From an uncultured Candidatus Rokubacteria bacterium (GTDB lineage Bacteria > Methylomirabilota > Methylomirabilia > Rokubacteriales > DASRDR01), in assembly GCA_963805625.1 (NCBI GenBank), contig CAWDVE010000010.1, forward strand, positions 2,132,582 to 2,196,581: a DNA stretch of 64,000 nt, read 5' to 3'. Below the pieces are notes generated by a model. The model had not been told where the DNA came from, searched no databases, and saw nothing but the letters and a program-made list of their open reading frames with translations. This document shows positions 29,487 through 39,770 of this stretch, piece after piece. The translations under genes were made by a program, and so were the position numbers. Each line of letters begins with the position of its first letter. Positions within the stretch are counted from its first letter, which is position 1.

Positions 29487-30146
29487 TTAGGCAGAATGCT
29501 TGTCGCATGTCTATGTGGCGCGGCAGAGGGGTGCAAGATTCGAACCGATACGGGATACGGGTTTTCACACTGTTCAAACGGTCGGCGACCAGGCCGTCTT
29601 CTTCCCATTGCTTCCCATTGCTTCTCTATACATGTACGCGTGCGACGCGTCTCGGGAAGCGCTGAGAGCCTGGCAAATGGACCATTGAATCTGTAACTCA
29701 CATTCCTCTCATCAGAAAGTCACTACTATGTCATCAGGAAAATCATTACCCATGTCTATCAATCGCTTCCTGCATCCAATTGGCCTTCGGGGAAAGATCC
29801 ATCCACTGGCGCTCGGGAAACTATCACGGCACATGAACACACTCCAGCAACAGCGATCTAGGCGCTAGAGCCTCGGCTTTTCCCGGGATCTTGTCAAGAG
29901 CAAGATCACAAACCCAGAGAAGCCCGGTTCCTCTGGCCCTGCGCTAGTTGCCAAACCCACCAGTCGATCATCGGGCGTCAGAGCCGCGTCTGTCGCCATG
30001 TCGCGGACCTCGGGCGATGACCGCAAGTTCCGCTACCGCTGCCAGCACGCGTATTACCGGGGCCGACCGTCTGCACGAACCGGCGTCCGCTCGGGATGCT
30101 CGCGACGAACGAGGCGGTCCAAAGCGCATCGTTTTCTTACTCTTTG

Positions 30147-30944
30147 TCAGGCCACCAGCCCGGCGGCGCGGAGGTAGGCGGCGTCCTGCTCCATCACCCC
30201 GGCCATCTCCTCCGGCAGCGTATGGGGCTCCAGGGACACCGCACCCCGGTAACCGTCTTGCTTGAGCCGAGCGATCAGCCCAGCCCAGTTGACGGCGCCG
30301 GTGCCGAGCGGCAGGCAGACGACGTTGCCCCCGGCGCGATGGAGCACCCGCCGGCCGTCGCCGTGGACCGCAGGCAGGTAGCGCGCCGAGTCCTTGGCGT
30401 GGAGCTGGACGATGTGGCCCTTCAGCAGCTCGTAGGCGTAGGGGAAGGGCTCGATGCCGGCGTTGTAGAAGTTGTCGGCGTCGAAGTTCGCGCCGACCCG
30501 CGGGTGGTCGACGTGCCGGATGATCGCCAGCAGGTCCTCCGGCTGGCGCGTGATCTTGATGAACGAGTTCTCGATCGCCAGGTGGATGCCCTCGTGCCCG
30601 GGCTGGTCGATGAGGCCTCGCACCGTCTCCCGGAAATCGTCGAGGCTCCGCCGCCGGCTGGCGTCCACCCGCTCGATCGCGTCGTCGAAGACCACGATGA
30701 CGGAGGCGCCGAGGGCGCGGGCGGCGCCGAAGGCCGCCGCCAACTCGGAGGCGCCGGCATTGACGTGCACCCGGAGGCGCCGTGCCGCGAGCTCGCGGCC
30801 GACCGCCGCGGTGCCCTCGCCGACGATGCGGCGGCTCGGCAGCTCGACGAACTGGGCGCGCACCTTGACGGCCAGGTCGCAGATGTTGGCCACCGGCCAG
30901 TGAGGGAACTCGCCGCCGTTGATCCCGAACGGACAGGGCGTCAT
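30147..30944 (-). CDS. Sugar phosphate isomerase/epimerase (xylose isomerase-like TIM barrel)
   Basis: LAIEN, FDADN, LHAKD, GTGAVNW, VSLEPH; AAGGAGG RBS. Confidence 0.87.
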   Translation of the reverse strand: MTPCPFGINGGEFPHWPVANICDLAVKVRAQFVELPSRRIVGEGTAAVGRELAARRLRVHVNAGASELAAAFGAARALGASVIVVFDDAIERVDASRRRSLDDFRETVRGLIDQPGHEGIHLAIENSFIKITRQPEDLLAIIRHVDHPRVGANFDADNFYNAGIEPFPYAYELLKGHIVQLHAKDSARYLPAVHGDGRRVLHRAGGNVVCLPLGTGAVNWAGLIARLKQDGYRGAVSLEPHTLPEEMAGVMEQDAAYLRAAGLVA

Positions 30945-30969
30945 CAGGGCCTCCTTGCCGGCCAGGCGG

Positions 30970-31755
30970 TCACACGAACCGGGTGAAGCCGACCACGCGC
31001 TCCACCAGGAGCACCACCCCCGTGGTGAACACGATCAGCAGTACGGAGATAGCGGCGATCGTGGGATCGCTGGCGAACTCGATGTAGTTGTATATCTGCA
31101 CGGGCAGCGTGGACAGCCGCGGGCCCGTCAGGAAGAGCGAGACGACCAGCTCGTCGAACGACGTGATGAAGGCGAACGTCGCGCCGGCGATTACTCCCGG
31201 CTTGATGAGCGGCAGCGTGACCGTCCGGAACAGGGTGACGGGCGGAGCGCCCAGACTGGCCGCCGCCTCCTCGACCCGCCGGTCGAGCCCCTCGAGGGTC
31301 GCGGAGACGGTACGGATCACGTACGGGAGCGCGACCACCAGATGCGCGGCGAAGAGGCCACCGAAGCTCTGCGCGAGCGGCGTGCGGTTCAGGAAGATCA
31401 GCAGCGCAATGCCCAGCACCACGCCCGGCAGCACGATAGGCGCCATCAGACCCGTCCGGATGAGCTCGCGGCCGGGCAGTCGATAGCGCACGAGGGCGAG
31501 CGCAGCCAGGGTGCCCGCGACCGTGGCGGCCAGCGTCACCGCCACCGCCAGCCGCAGGCTCAAGCCGAGCGCCTCGGTCAGCTCGCGGCTCTGGAGAAAG
31601 TTCACGTACCAGCGGAGCGACAGTCCCCGGGGCGGGAACACCACGAACGCGGCCGCGCTGAAGGACACGGGGATGACGATCAGGATCGGCGCCAGAAGAT
31701 ACAGGTAGATCAGCGCGTTCGTCGCACCGAGGAGCCGGCGTCCTCCGAGCCTCAT
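30970..31755 (-). CDS. ABC permease, PotC-like
   Basis: SLRWY, EEAAASLGA EAA loop, SFDE, TLPV. Confidence 0.92.
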   Translation of the reverse strand: MRLGGRRLLGATNALIYLYLLAPILIVIPVSFSAAAFVVFPPRGLSLRWYVNFLQSRELTEALGLSLRLAVAVTLAATVAGTLAALALVRYRLPGRELIRTGLMAPIVLPGVVLGIALLIFLNRTPLAQSFGGLFAAHLVVALPYVIRTVSATLEGLDRRVEEAAASLGAPPVTLFRTVTLPLIKPGVIAGATFAFITSFDELVVSLFLTGPRLSTLPVQIYNYIEFASDPTIAAISVLLIVFTTGVVLLVERVVGFTRFV

Positions 31756-31763
31756 CGCGGCGC

Positions 31764-32627
31764 TCAGGCGAGCCCCGTCGACTCGGGCCGGTGGCGTAGG
31801 AGGCGCCCTTGGGCCCAGATGAGCGTCAAGACCAGGAGGAGAAGCACCCAGGCGGCGGCGGCGCCAAAGGGCCAGTTCAGGAGGCTCAGCGTCTGCTCGT
31901 AGATGAAGACGGTGATGACGTCGGTGGTCGGCCCGCCCACCAGCCGGGGCGTGGCGAAGGCGCCCACCGACAGGACAAAGACGAGCACTGACCCCGAGAC
32001 CAGGCCGGGGAGGGACAGCGGCAGGATGACGTGCCGGAACGTCGCGAGCGCGCCGGCACCCAGGCTCTGCGAGGCCTCCTCCAGCGCGATGTCCAGGCCC
32101 TGGAGAACCGGGAGAAGGGACAGCACCATGAAGGGCAGGAGCACCTCGGCCAGCGCGATGACCACGCCCGCGGGCGTGAACAGGAGCTGGATCGGCCGGC
32201 TCACGAGCCCCGTCCCGACCAGGGCCGCGTTCACGACGCCGGTCGAGGCGAGCAGGATCATCCAGCCGTAGGAGCGGACCACGACGCTCGTCATCAACGG
32301 GATCAGGAGCACGGTTACGCCGAGCGCGCGCCGGCGCGGCGAGCGCGCCCGCGCAAGCCCGTAGGCGAGCGGGTAGCCGAGGACCGCCGTGACCAGGGTC
32401 ACCGCGAGCGCCAGCCCGAGGGTGGTGCCCAGGATGCGGAGGTGGTGGGCATCGAGCAGGAAGCGCGTGTACTGCTCCAGCGTCCACGCCCGCACCATCA
32501 CCCCGCCGGCCCCGGTGCGGTAGAAGCTGTAGCGGCCCAGGATCCCCAGCGGGATCGCGAAAACCCCGACGAGGACGGCCAGGCTCGGCGCCAGGAGGAG
32601 GACCGGACGCCACGCCGGTCGCGTCAC
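31764..32627 (-). CDS. ABC permease, PotB-like
   Basis: GYPLAY, VVRSYGW, EEASQSLGA, NWPFGAA. Confidence 0.92.
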   Translation of the reverse strand: MTRPAWRPVLLLAPSLAVLVGVFAIPLGILGRYSFYRTGAGGVMVRAWTLEQYTRFLLDAHHLRILGTTLGLALAVTLVTAVLGYPLAYGLARARSPRRRALGVTVLLIPLMTSVVVRSYGWMILLASTGVVNAALVGTGLVSRPIQLLFTPAGVVIALAEVLLPFMVLSLLPVLQGLDIALEEASQSLGAGALATFRHVILPLSLPGLVSGSVLVFVLSVGAFATPRLVGGPTTDVITVFIYEQTLSLLNWPFGAAAAWVLLLLVLTLIWAQGRLLRHRPESTGLA

Positions 32628-33751
32628 GCCGCGCTCCCCACCGGCCCGGGCAGCCCCACCGCTGGCTGGAAGGTGCAGCTGGCGGGCAGCCAGGCGATGC
32701 GGACCGCCGCCCCCTCCGTCATCGCCTGCGCGTGCGTGGCGAGCGGCCCGACCTGGCAGTCCACGTGGAGCTCGGGTCCAGCACCCGTCGCCACGCGGTA
32801 CTGCCGGAGGGCCCCGAGGTAGGTCACGCGTCGGACGACCGCCTCGACCACGATGGCGCCGGGCGCCGGCGTCTCGTCGAGGCCGAGGAGCGCAATCGCC
32901 TCCGGGCGGAGGGCGACCGTGCCCCGCTGGCCGTGCGACCCCGCGACACCCGGCGGGAGCGGGAGGGCCAGGCCCTCGTCCGCCCGGAAGACGGGGGCTG
33001 CCCCATCGGGCGCATGGATTCGGCCGGAGAGGAAGTTGCAGCGGCCGATGAACTCGGCGACGAACGGCGTCGCCGGGTGGGCATAGATCGCCTCCGGTGT
33101 CCCGACCTGCTCGACGCGCCCCGCATGCATGACCACGATGCGGTCCGCCAGGGTGAGAGCCTCCTCCTGATCGTGCGTCACCAGGATGGTGGCGATGCGC
33201 AGCGTCCGCTGCAGCTCGCGCAGCTCGTCCCGCATGGTCTGGCGAAGGCGGGCGTCAAGGTTCGACAGGGGCTCGTCGAAGAGCAAGGCGGACGGACGGA
33301 TGACGATGGCGCGGGCGACCGCCACCCGCTGCTGCTGCCCGCCCGAGAGCTGCCGTGGATAGCGGGCGTCCAGCCCGGAGAGGCGGACCAGGTCGAGGGC
33401 CGCCGCCACCCGCGCCGCGCGCTCGGCCGGGGGGACCTTCCGCATCCGGAGCCCGTAGGCGACGTTCTCGGCGACTGTCATGTGGGGGAAGAGGGCGTAG
33501 CTCTGGAAGACGATCCCCACGTCGCGGCGATGGGGCGGCTTGTCCGTCGCGGGGAGACCCTGGATCAGGACCTCTCCCCGGTCGGGGCGCTCGAAGCCGG
33601 CCACGATCCGGAGGGTGGTCGTCTTGCCACAGCCCGAGGGGCCGAGCAGGGCCACGAACTCGCCCGGCGCCACGCTCAGGTCCAGCCCGTCCACGGCGAC
33701 CGTGCGACCGAAGGTCTTGCGGAGGCCGCGGAGGACGAGATGCGGCTGCAT
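32624..33751 (-). CDS. ABC ATPase, PotA-like with TOBE domain
   Basis: [30 protein letters not shown]. Confidence 0.95.
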   Translation of the reverse strand: MQPHLVLRGLRKTFGRTVAVDGLDLSVAPGEFVALLGPSGCGKTTTLRIVAGFERPDRGEVLIQGLPATDKPPHRRDVGIVFQSYALFPHMTVAENVAYGLRMRKVPPAERAARVAAALDLVRLSGLDARYPRQLSGGQQQRVAVARAIVIRPSALLFDEPLSNLDARLRQTMRDELRELQRTLRIATILVTHDQEEALTLADRIVVMHAGRVEQVGTPEAIYAHPATPFVAEFIGRCNFLSGRIHAPDGAAPVFRADEGLALPLPPGVAGSHGQRGTVALRPEAIALLGLDETPAPGAIVVEAVVRRVTYLGALRQYRVATGAGPELHVDCQVGPLATHAQAMTEGAAVRIAWLPASCTFQPAVGLPGPVGSAA

Positions 33752-33784
33752 GGCGACCGGGCGGCGCGTGGCCCGCGGCCGCGT

Positions 33785-34849
33785 CTACTTGATCTCCCGG
33801 TTCCAGCGGTCGACCCACTGGTCGCGGCGCTTGCCGAACTCATCCCAGTCGGGCGCGACCAGGCGCTTGAGGTTCTCCCCGTAGGGAACCAGCTTCGCCA
33901 CGTCGTCGCCGAGCTGGACGCCGCGGTTCGTCGGGCCGATGAACATGGTCTCGGCGTTGAGTTTCTGCGGCGCGGCGGCGAGCGAGTAGTTGACGTACTG
34001 CTCGGCGAGCGCCCGCTGCTTCGAGCCCTTGGCGATGCCCATGGCGCCCATGCCGAAGATCGCGCCCTCCTTCGGAACGACCGAGGCGATCGGCGCGCCG
34101 CTCTTGACCTGGAAGGCGGCGCGGTCGCTGGCCCAGGGCGACAGCCACACCTCCCCCTGGACCAGGAGCTGCGCCAGCTGGTCGTGCGAGGTCCAGAAGG
34201 TGAGGATGCTCGGGCGGAGCGTCTTCACGCGCGCGAACGCGGCATCGTCGTCGAAGAGGTCCTTGCCGAACGCCTTGCCCATCATCGCCACGAAGTAGGC
34301 ACCGCTGATCGATCCGATCTCGGGCAGTACCACCTTGCCCTTGTACTCGGGCTTCCAGAGGTCCGCCCACGACGTGGGGGCGGTCTTCACGTGCTGCGTG
34401 TTGTAGGCAAGCACCTGGCTCGACGTGAAAAACGCCACGTAGGCGCGGTCCTTGGGTAGGGCGAAGTCGTGGAGCTGCCCGAGGTTCGGGATGCGCTGCG
34501 GGTCGAGCGTCTCGAGGAGACCCTCGCGCGCAGCCACGAGCGCGAACGGCGCGTCGAAGGTCACCACGTCGATCTGGGGGTTGTCCTTCTGCGCCCGGAG
34601 CTTCGCGAAGTTCTCGGCGCTGAGCCCCGTCACCACGCGCACCCGCGCGTTGTGCTCCCGCTCGAAGGCCTGGATCACGTTGGTCCGCCAGGCCTTCTCG
34701 AACGTGCCGCCGAAGACGGTCACCACCAGCTCGTTCCCCTGCGCGTCGGCGGGGCGCGAGCCGACGGCGGCGACGGCTCCCACGCCGAGCAGCAGGCCGA
34801 TCAGCGTTCCGACGAATGCGTGCACGCGCCATGCTCTCTGGGTGCTCAT
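33785..34849 (-). CDS. ABC substrate-binding protein (PotD/PotF-like)
   Basis: Signal peptide; PTSWADLWKPEYKGKV, PKEG, WVDRWN. Confidence 0.9.
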   Translation of the reverse strand: MSTQRAWRVHAFVGTLIGLLLGVGAVAAVGSRPADAQGNELVVTVFGGTFEKAWRTNVIQAFEREHNARVRVVTGLSAENFAKLRAQKDNPQIDVVTFDAPFALVAAREGLLETLDPQRIPNLGQLHDFALPKDRAYVAFFTSSQVLAYNTQHVKTAPTSWADLWKPEYKGKVVLPEIGSISGAYFVAMMGKAFGKDLFDDDAAFARVKTLRPSILTFWTSHDQLAQLLVQGEVWLSPWASDRAAFQVKSGAPIASVVPKEGAIFGMGAMGIAKGSKQRALAEQYVNYSLAAAPQKLNAETMFIGPTNRGVQLGDDVAKLVPYGENLKRLVAPDWDEFGKRRDQWVDRWNREIK

Positions 34850-35365
34850 GCTGTCCTCCGCGGGCGCGCTCGCGCGCCGGTTGCTGAAGCTCGCCGCTCA
34901 TCGACCGGCCGCTCTGCCCAAGCGCATCCGACACCGGTCGAGGTTGACCTGGAATGCCGACACCGGTGCCGACCGAACGTGGAAGGAGACACTAGGCACG
35001 CTTCTCGGTCCCCTTCCCCCGCTCGCCCGTCGGCCCCCGTGCCCCGAGGGTAGCGTGCGGCCGGCCGGCCTGGCAACGGCAGCGGGAGATCGGGGAGGAG
35101 GTGCCGGAACCCACCCGTACGATCGAGAGACTGGGATGGTCGCGCCGCGTGGTGTGCGCCATCGCCGACAGGCCAAATGGCGGGGCCGGGACGGCCCGGC
35201 GGCGAGCCCGGGCGCCGTGAAGAACCGCCGCACCGCATGCGGGCGCGGTCACCGCGGCCCGATTCCGCCCGCGGAGCATCGCCGGGACCGACGAAACCCT
35301 TAACCGCCGCAAGCAGCGGCTCCGCACAGGCCATTCTGCGCATGCCAAATGGCGCAATAGGTCCC

Positions 35366-36806
35366 CCTGTCAAGCCATCTAAGAAAGATACCGAGGGGTG
35401 AATCGTCGAGCCATCTAACATGTAACCCTCGGAGACCGAGCCTGGGGCCGGCGTAGGTGGTTGGCAAAGGTGAAGTCCGGGGTGCCGGGCGGGCGGCCCG
35501 GGTGCGGCTTCGGCGGTGCCGGGATGATGGGCGGGAAGTTCGCCGCCGTGGGGATGGGCACGCCCGCCACCCGCGCGGGCGTGGCCAAGGCGACGAGCCG
35601 CTCGATCTTCCGATCGATGGCCTCGGCCAGGACGAAGGGATCCAGCTGATCGCGTAGGCGGACGAGTTCGCGCACCGCCTGGGAATCCGCCTCGGGGCAG
35701 CTCTGGACCCGCTCGAGGGGCGTGCGCGGAGCATCGTAGTGACGGCGCAACCGCGCGCCGACCCGTTCCTTGCTGAGGAGTTTGACCGACGGCAGGAAGA
35801 GGTTGTGCAAGAGCCGGAGCTCGTGCCGATAGAGCGCATTCAGCGCGGTCACCGCCGCCGGCGTGTCGTAGCGCCAGTAGCCTACGAGCTTCCGGACGTG
35901 CGTCCAGTTCTTCTGCTCGATGTGGGCGTTGTCGTCCTTCTTGTACGGTCGGCCGCGTGTGAACTGGATCTCCTGCGCCTGGCAGTAGCGGTAGAGATGA
36001 TGGTTGATGAACTCGGACCCGTTGTCGGAGTCGATCCCCCGGAGGCGGAAGGGCAGGACCTGCCGGATCTCGTCCAAGGCCGTCTGGACGCCGCGTTCGC
36101 CGCGGCCGAGGACCGCCCGGGTCTCCACCCAGGTGGTGTGGATGTCCGTGACGTTCAGGGAATGGGCGAACTCGCCATCGGCCCGATGGCCCGCATGCGC
36201 GACCAAGTCCAGCTCGGTGAAGCCCGGCACGGTCACATCCCAGTGATCGGTCTTCAGCGGAATGTGGTGCTTGAGGAGAGTGCCCGGTCGGGTCCCGCCA
36301 TAGCGGCGCGTCGTGCGCTGCCGCTTGGTTGCGGCCAGGCGCCGGTCGATCTGGCGGGGGCTGATCGCGCGGAGCTGCTGGCACACGGTGGCGGACAGCC
36401 GGAGGCGCCGGCGTGCCCAGGGCAGCCACAGGGGGAGCAGCGCCTTCAACCGCACAGACCAGGGATACCCCGCGGCCTCCCAGATCGCGGTCAACGCCTG
36501 GATCACCGCCAGCCCGTACGTGGCGGGGCGCCGCCGACGACGGGGCCGCTCGGGGCCCGGGGGCGGCCCGTTGAGAAGCCGCAGCGCGTACTTGCGCTGG
36601 TAGCCCGTGGTCTCACAGAACTCATCGAGGATCCTCCCCCGCTCGACCCGGGCCGCGCCCCGGTAGCGCGGGTAGACAGCCGTGAGGACCTCCCACCGCG
36701 CACGGCGACTCATCATGTAACCCTCCTCCGGCCACGGGGCCCTCGAGGGTTACATTCCAGATGGCGCGTCTCTTTCCGCTCGGTAACATTTTAGATGGCG
36801 CGATAC
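35366..36806 (-). mobile_element. Apparently intact IS (rve/DDE, IS481/ISNCY-like) with multi-copy terminal motifs and candidate 6-bp target duplication GGTCCC
   Basis: GCCATCT..TACC/AACC motifs at 35374 and 35410, inverted at 36748-36765 and 36782-36799; GGTCCC at 35360-35365 and 36807-36812. Confidence 0.8.
35415..36716 (-). CDS. DDE integrase-core transposase
   Basis: ELDLVAH, DSDNGSEFIN, RPYKKDDNAHIEQKN. Confidence 0.92.
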   Translation of the reverse strand: MMSRRARWEVLTAVYPRYRGAARVERGRILDEFCETTGYQRKYALRLLNGPPPGPERPRRRRRPATYGLAVIQALTAIWEAAGYPWSVRLKALLPLWLPWARRRLRLSATVCQQLRAISPRQIDRRLAATKRQRTTRRYGGTRPGTLLKHHIPLKTDHWDVTVPGFTELDLVAHAGHRADGEFAHSLNVTDIHTTWVETRAVLGRGERGVQTALDEIRQVLPFRLRGIDSDNGSEFINHHLYRYCQAQEIQFTRGRPYKKDDNAHIEQKNWTHVRKLVGYWRYDTPAAVTALNALYRHELRLLHNLFLPSVKLLSKERVGARLRRHYDAPRTPLERVQSCPEADSQAVRELVRLRDQLDPFVLAEAIDRKIERLVALATPARVAGVPIPTAANFPPIIPAPPKPHPGRPPGTPDFTFANHLRRPQARSPRVTC

Positions 36807-36829
36807 GGTCCCTTGACCCACGTTCGCGC

Positions 36830-36995
36830 CACTCCCTATACTCGCCGCGCATTCGAGACCAGCGGCGGCCCTCGTTCGCCCACGGCCGGCTCAGGAGGAT
36901 CCGCACATGTCCACCTGCAGCTCGATGTCCGGCGCGACGGCAAGGACTTCTTCCACCGGACCTGGGAGGAGACCATCGAGCGCTGGCCCCTCTAA
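36830..36995 (+). pseudogene. C-terminal gene remnant next to the IS (possibly CocE/NonD hydrolase tail)
   Basis: ..LQLDVRRDGKDFFHRTWEETIERWPL* ends 6 bp before the next start; no start of its own. Confidence 0.35.
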
Positions 36996-37001
36996 GGACG
37001 G

Positions 37002-38195
37002 GTGATGGCCCACACCCCATACGTCATGCCACCCAGTCCGACGGCGACCACCACGGCCCACGACGTCGTCATCATCGGGGGCGGTATCGTCGGCACCTCG
37101 ACGGCCTACTTGCTTGGCCGCGCCGGCGTGCGCAGCCTTCTCGTCGAGCGCGATGCCATCGGCAGCCATGCCTCGGGGTTTGCGTATGGGGGACTGAGCC
37201 CGCTGAGCGGCGAGGGAATCCCGGGACCTCTCGCGGCGGTCGCGCGGGAAGGCATGCGCCTGCACCAGGTATTCGCTCGTGACCTCGAGCTCGAGACGGG
37301 GATAAATGTCGAATACCGCCAGCGGCCCTCCATCTCGCTCGCATTCACAGAGGACGAGGTCCGCAGAGCCCAGGCGGCGATCCACTGGCAACAGCAGCAG
37401 CCCGGATATGCGGTCCGGTGGCTCGACGCCCGGGAGACACGCTCGCTTGAGCCTCGCATTGCCGAGACGATCCTCGGCTCGGTGCTCATCGAACAGGGGG
37501 CCGATGTCGAGCCCTACCGACTGGTACTGGCCCTCACCAGAGCCGCCGAGAACCGGGGGGCACAGATCCGCCACGGCCGTGTCATCGGTCTCACCCGTCG
37601 AGACCGGCGTGTGACAAGTGTTGTCCTCGAGCATGACGAGATTCCGTGCCACACTGTGGTGCTCGCCCTCGGCCCGTGGAGTGAGGCAACGTCCGCATGG
37701 CTGCAATGGCCAATTCCGGTGCGTCCACTCAAGGGGCAGATTCTCCGGCTCCGAGCCCCGGGGCCCCCGCTCGGGTATTCCGTTGGCTGGGCGAAACACT
37801 ATGCGACGACGAAGACCGACGAACTCCTATGGACCGGCACAACCGAGGAGGATGCGGGCTTCGACGAGACGCCGACCATTGATGCTCGAGACCGGATCAT
37901 CACGTCCCTGCTGAAGATGCTGCCGTCGATGAACGAAGCCACGCTGGCCCAGCACACCGCCTGCCTGCGGCCCGTCACCGCCGACGGAATGCTACTGCTC
38001 GGCCAGGTTCCTGGCTGGGACGGGGTGTACATGGCGACCGGCGCGGGGAGAAAGGGCATCCTCTTGGGTCCTGCCATGGCACGTCTGGTGACCGACCTCA
38101 TCACCCAGGGAAACACCGCGCTTCTGCCCCTGGACGCGTTTGACCCGGGCCGCTTCGCGGGGACATCGCCAGCCGGCGCCGAGGGAGATCGGTAG
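37002..38195 (+). CDS. FAD-dependent oxidoreductase, DAO/glycine oxidase (ThiO/DadA-like)
   Basis: IIGGGIVG, PLKGQI, GTTEE..GFD, CLRP, GILLGP. Confidence 0.9.
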   Translation: MMAHTPYVMPPSPTATTTAHDVVIIGGGIVGTSTAYLLGRAGVRSLLVERDAIGSHASGFAYGGLSPLSGEGIPGPLAAVAREGMRLHQVFARDLELETGINVEYRQRPSISLAFTEDEVRRAQAAIHWQQQQPGYAVRWLDARETRSLEPRIAETILGSVLIEQGADVEPYRLVLALTRAAENRGAQIRHGRVIGLTRRDRRVTSVVLEHDEIPCHTVVLALGPWSEATSAWLQWPIPVRPLKGQILRLRAPGPPLGYSVGWAKHYATTKTDELLWTGTTEEDAGFDETPTIDARDRIITSLLKMLPSMNEATLAQHTACLRPVTADGMLLLGQVPGWDGVYMATGAGRKGILLGPAMARLVTDLITQGNTALLPLDAFDPGRFAGTSPAGAEGDR

Positions 38196-38390
38196 GCCTC
38201 CGACACCAGGAGTTCGGAACAGCCTCGAGGCTCGCGCGCTGCTTCCCGTACCGGTCGTACAGGCCGACATCGTGCACGAGCACGAAGAGCGGGAGGAGCC
38301 ACGCGATGTCGGCGCCTCCTCCGTGCCTCCGGTGGCGGGGCGGACTCGCCCCTTGCCCGGCTTGCGCGCGTCTCGCTATGATCGCCTCGA

Positions 38391-39662
38391 GTGCGCTCTC
38401 CGGCGTCCGCCCGGCCCCGTCGCCAGCTCGCGCTGGTCGTCCTCCTGGGCGCCGTCGTGGTCGCTCTACTCACCCTGCCTGTCCGTCACCGCTGGTGGGG
38501 CGGCTGGCTTCTCGCGATCGCCGAGGCCGGGATCGTCGGAGGGCTGGCCGACTGGTTCGCGGTGACGGCGATCTTCCGCCGGCCGCTCGGCCTGCCCATC
38601 CCCCACACCGCGCTGATCCCCGCCAACTGGGAGCTCATGGCCTCTCGCGTGGGCTCCATGGTCGGCGACCGCGTACTAACCCGGGAGTACCTGACGCGCG
38701 AGATGGCCGGCCTCGACCTGGCGGGGCTGCTCCGGCGCGGCGCGGAGCGCCTCCGCCGGGAAGATCTCGAGGCGGCCGTCTGGCGGGCGGGCGCATGGGC
38801 GGCGGACGAGCTTCCGCGGGCGGCCTTCGACGACCTGCTCCACGGCCTGCGCGACCTGGCCGGGCGGCGGCCGGCCGCACCCGTCCTCGTATGGGTCCTC
38901 GAGGGCGCCACGCGCGAGGGCTGGGACCGGCGCGCGGTCGCGGCGCTCCTCCGGACGTTCGGGGAGGCGGTGGACCGCCCCGACGTCGCGCAGATGCTCG
39001 ACGAGCTGGTTGGGGACCTGCTCGCGCGCTACCGCGCGCGGACGCGCATGGCCTCGCGCGTCTGGCTCGGGCTCGCAGAGCTCTTCGGCGTGGTCGACCG
39101 CGCGACGATCGTCGCCGCGCTCCGTGCAGGACTGAGAGCCGTGGCGGAGGATCCCGACCATCCCCTGCGCCGGGAGCTCCTCGTCGCGATCGGCGAGCTG
39201 CCGGCCCGCCTCCGCACGGATCCGGCGCTCCAGGCGCGCGTGGAGGCGGCGAAGGCGGACCTCCTCGCGAGCGCCGCGGTGAATGACCTTCTGCGCGACG
39301 TGGCCGCCTCGCTCCACAGGGCGCTCGTGGCGGACCTCGGCACCACCGACTCGACGGTCGCCCGCTGGATCGTCGAGCAGCTGGACGCCTTCCGCCGGAC
39401 GCTCGCCGACGATCCCATGGTCGCCGCCGAGGTGGACGCCTGGCTCAAGCGCCGGGCGACCGAACTGATCGGCCGTCACCACGTCCGGCTGGCGGCATTC
39501 GTCGAGGGCGGGATCCGGGCGCTCGGCCCCGAGGGCGCCGTGCGCCTGATCGAGGAGCACGCGGGCGACGACCTCCAGTTCATCCGGGTCAACGGAACGC
39601 TGGTGGGCGGGCTCGTCGGGGGCGCGATCTACGCCCTGCACCTGCTCCTCGGCTGGCGCTGA
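38391..39662 (+). CDS. DUF445 family membrane protein
   Basis: EAGIVGGLADWFAVTAIFRRPLGLPIPHTALIP and DLQFIRVNGTLVGG. Confidence 0.9.
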   Translation: MRSPASARPRRQLALVVLLGAVVVALLTLPVRHRWWGGWLLAIAEAGIVGGLADWFAVTAIFRRPLGLPIPHTALIPANWELMASRVGSMVGDRVLTREYLTREMAGLDLAGLLRRGAERLRREDLEAAVWRAGAWAADELPRAAFDDLLHGLRDLAGRRPAAPVLVWVLEGATREGWDRRAVAALLRTFGEAVDRPDVAQMLDELVGDLLARYRARTRMASRVWLGLAELFGVVDRATIVAALRAGLRAVAEDPDHPLRRELLVAIGELPARLRTDPALQARVEAAKADLLASAAVNDLLRDVAASLHRALVADLGTTDSTVARWIVEQLDAFRRTLADDPMVAAEVDAWLKRRATELIGRHHVRLAAFVEGGIRALGPEGAVRLIEEHAGDDLQFIRVNGTLVGGLVGGAIYALHLLLGWR

Positions 39663-39770
39663 CCACGTATATCAGTAAGTTTCACGGACTCACCTGCCGA
39701 TCCTCGCCAGACCGAGAAGCGACGCGCTAAGCGCGAACGCACGCGGCGGGAGCAACGAGCGATGAGAGGG

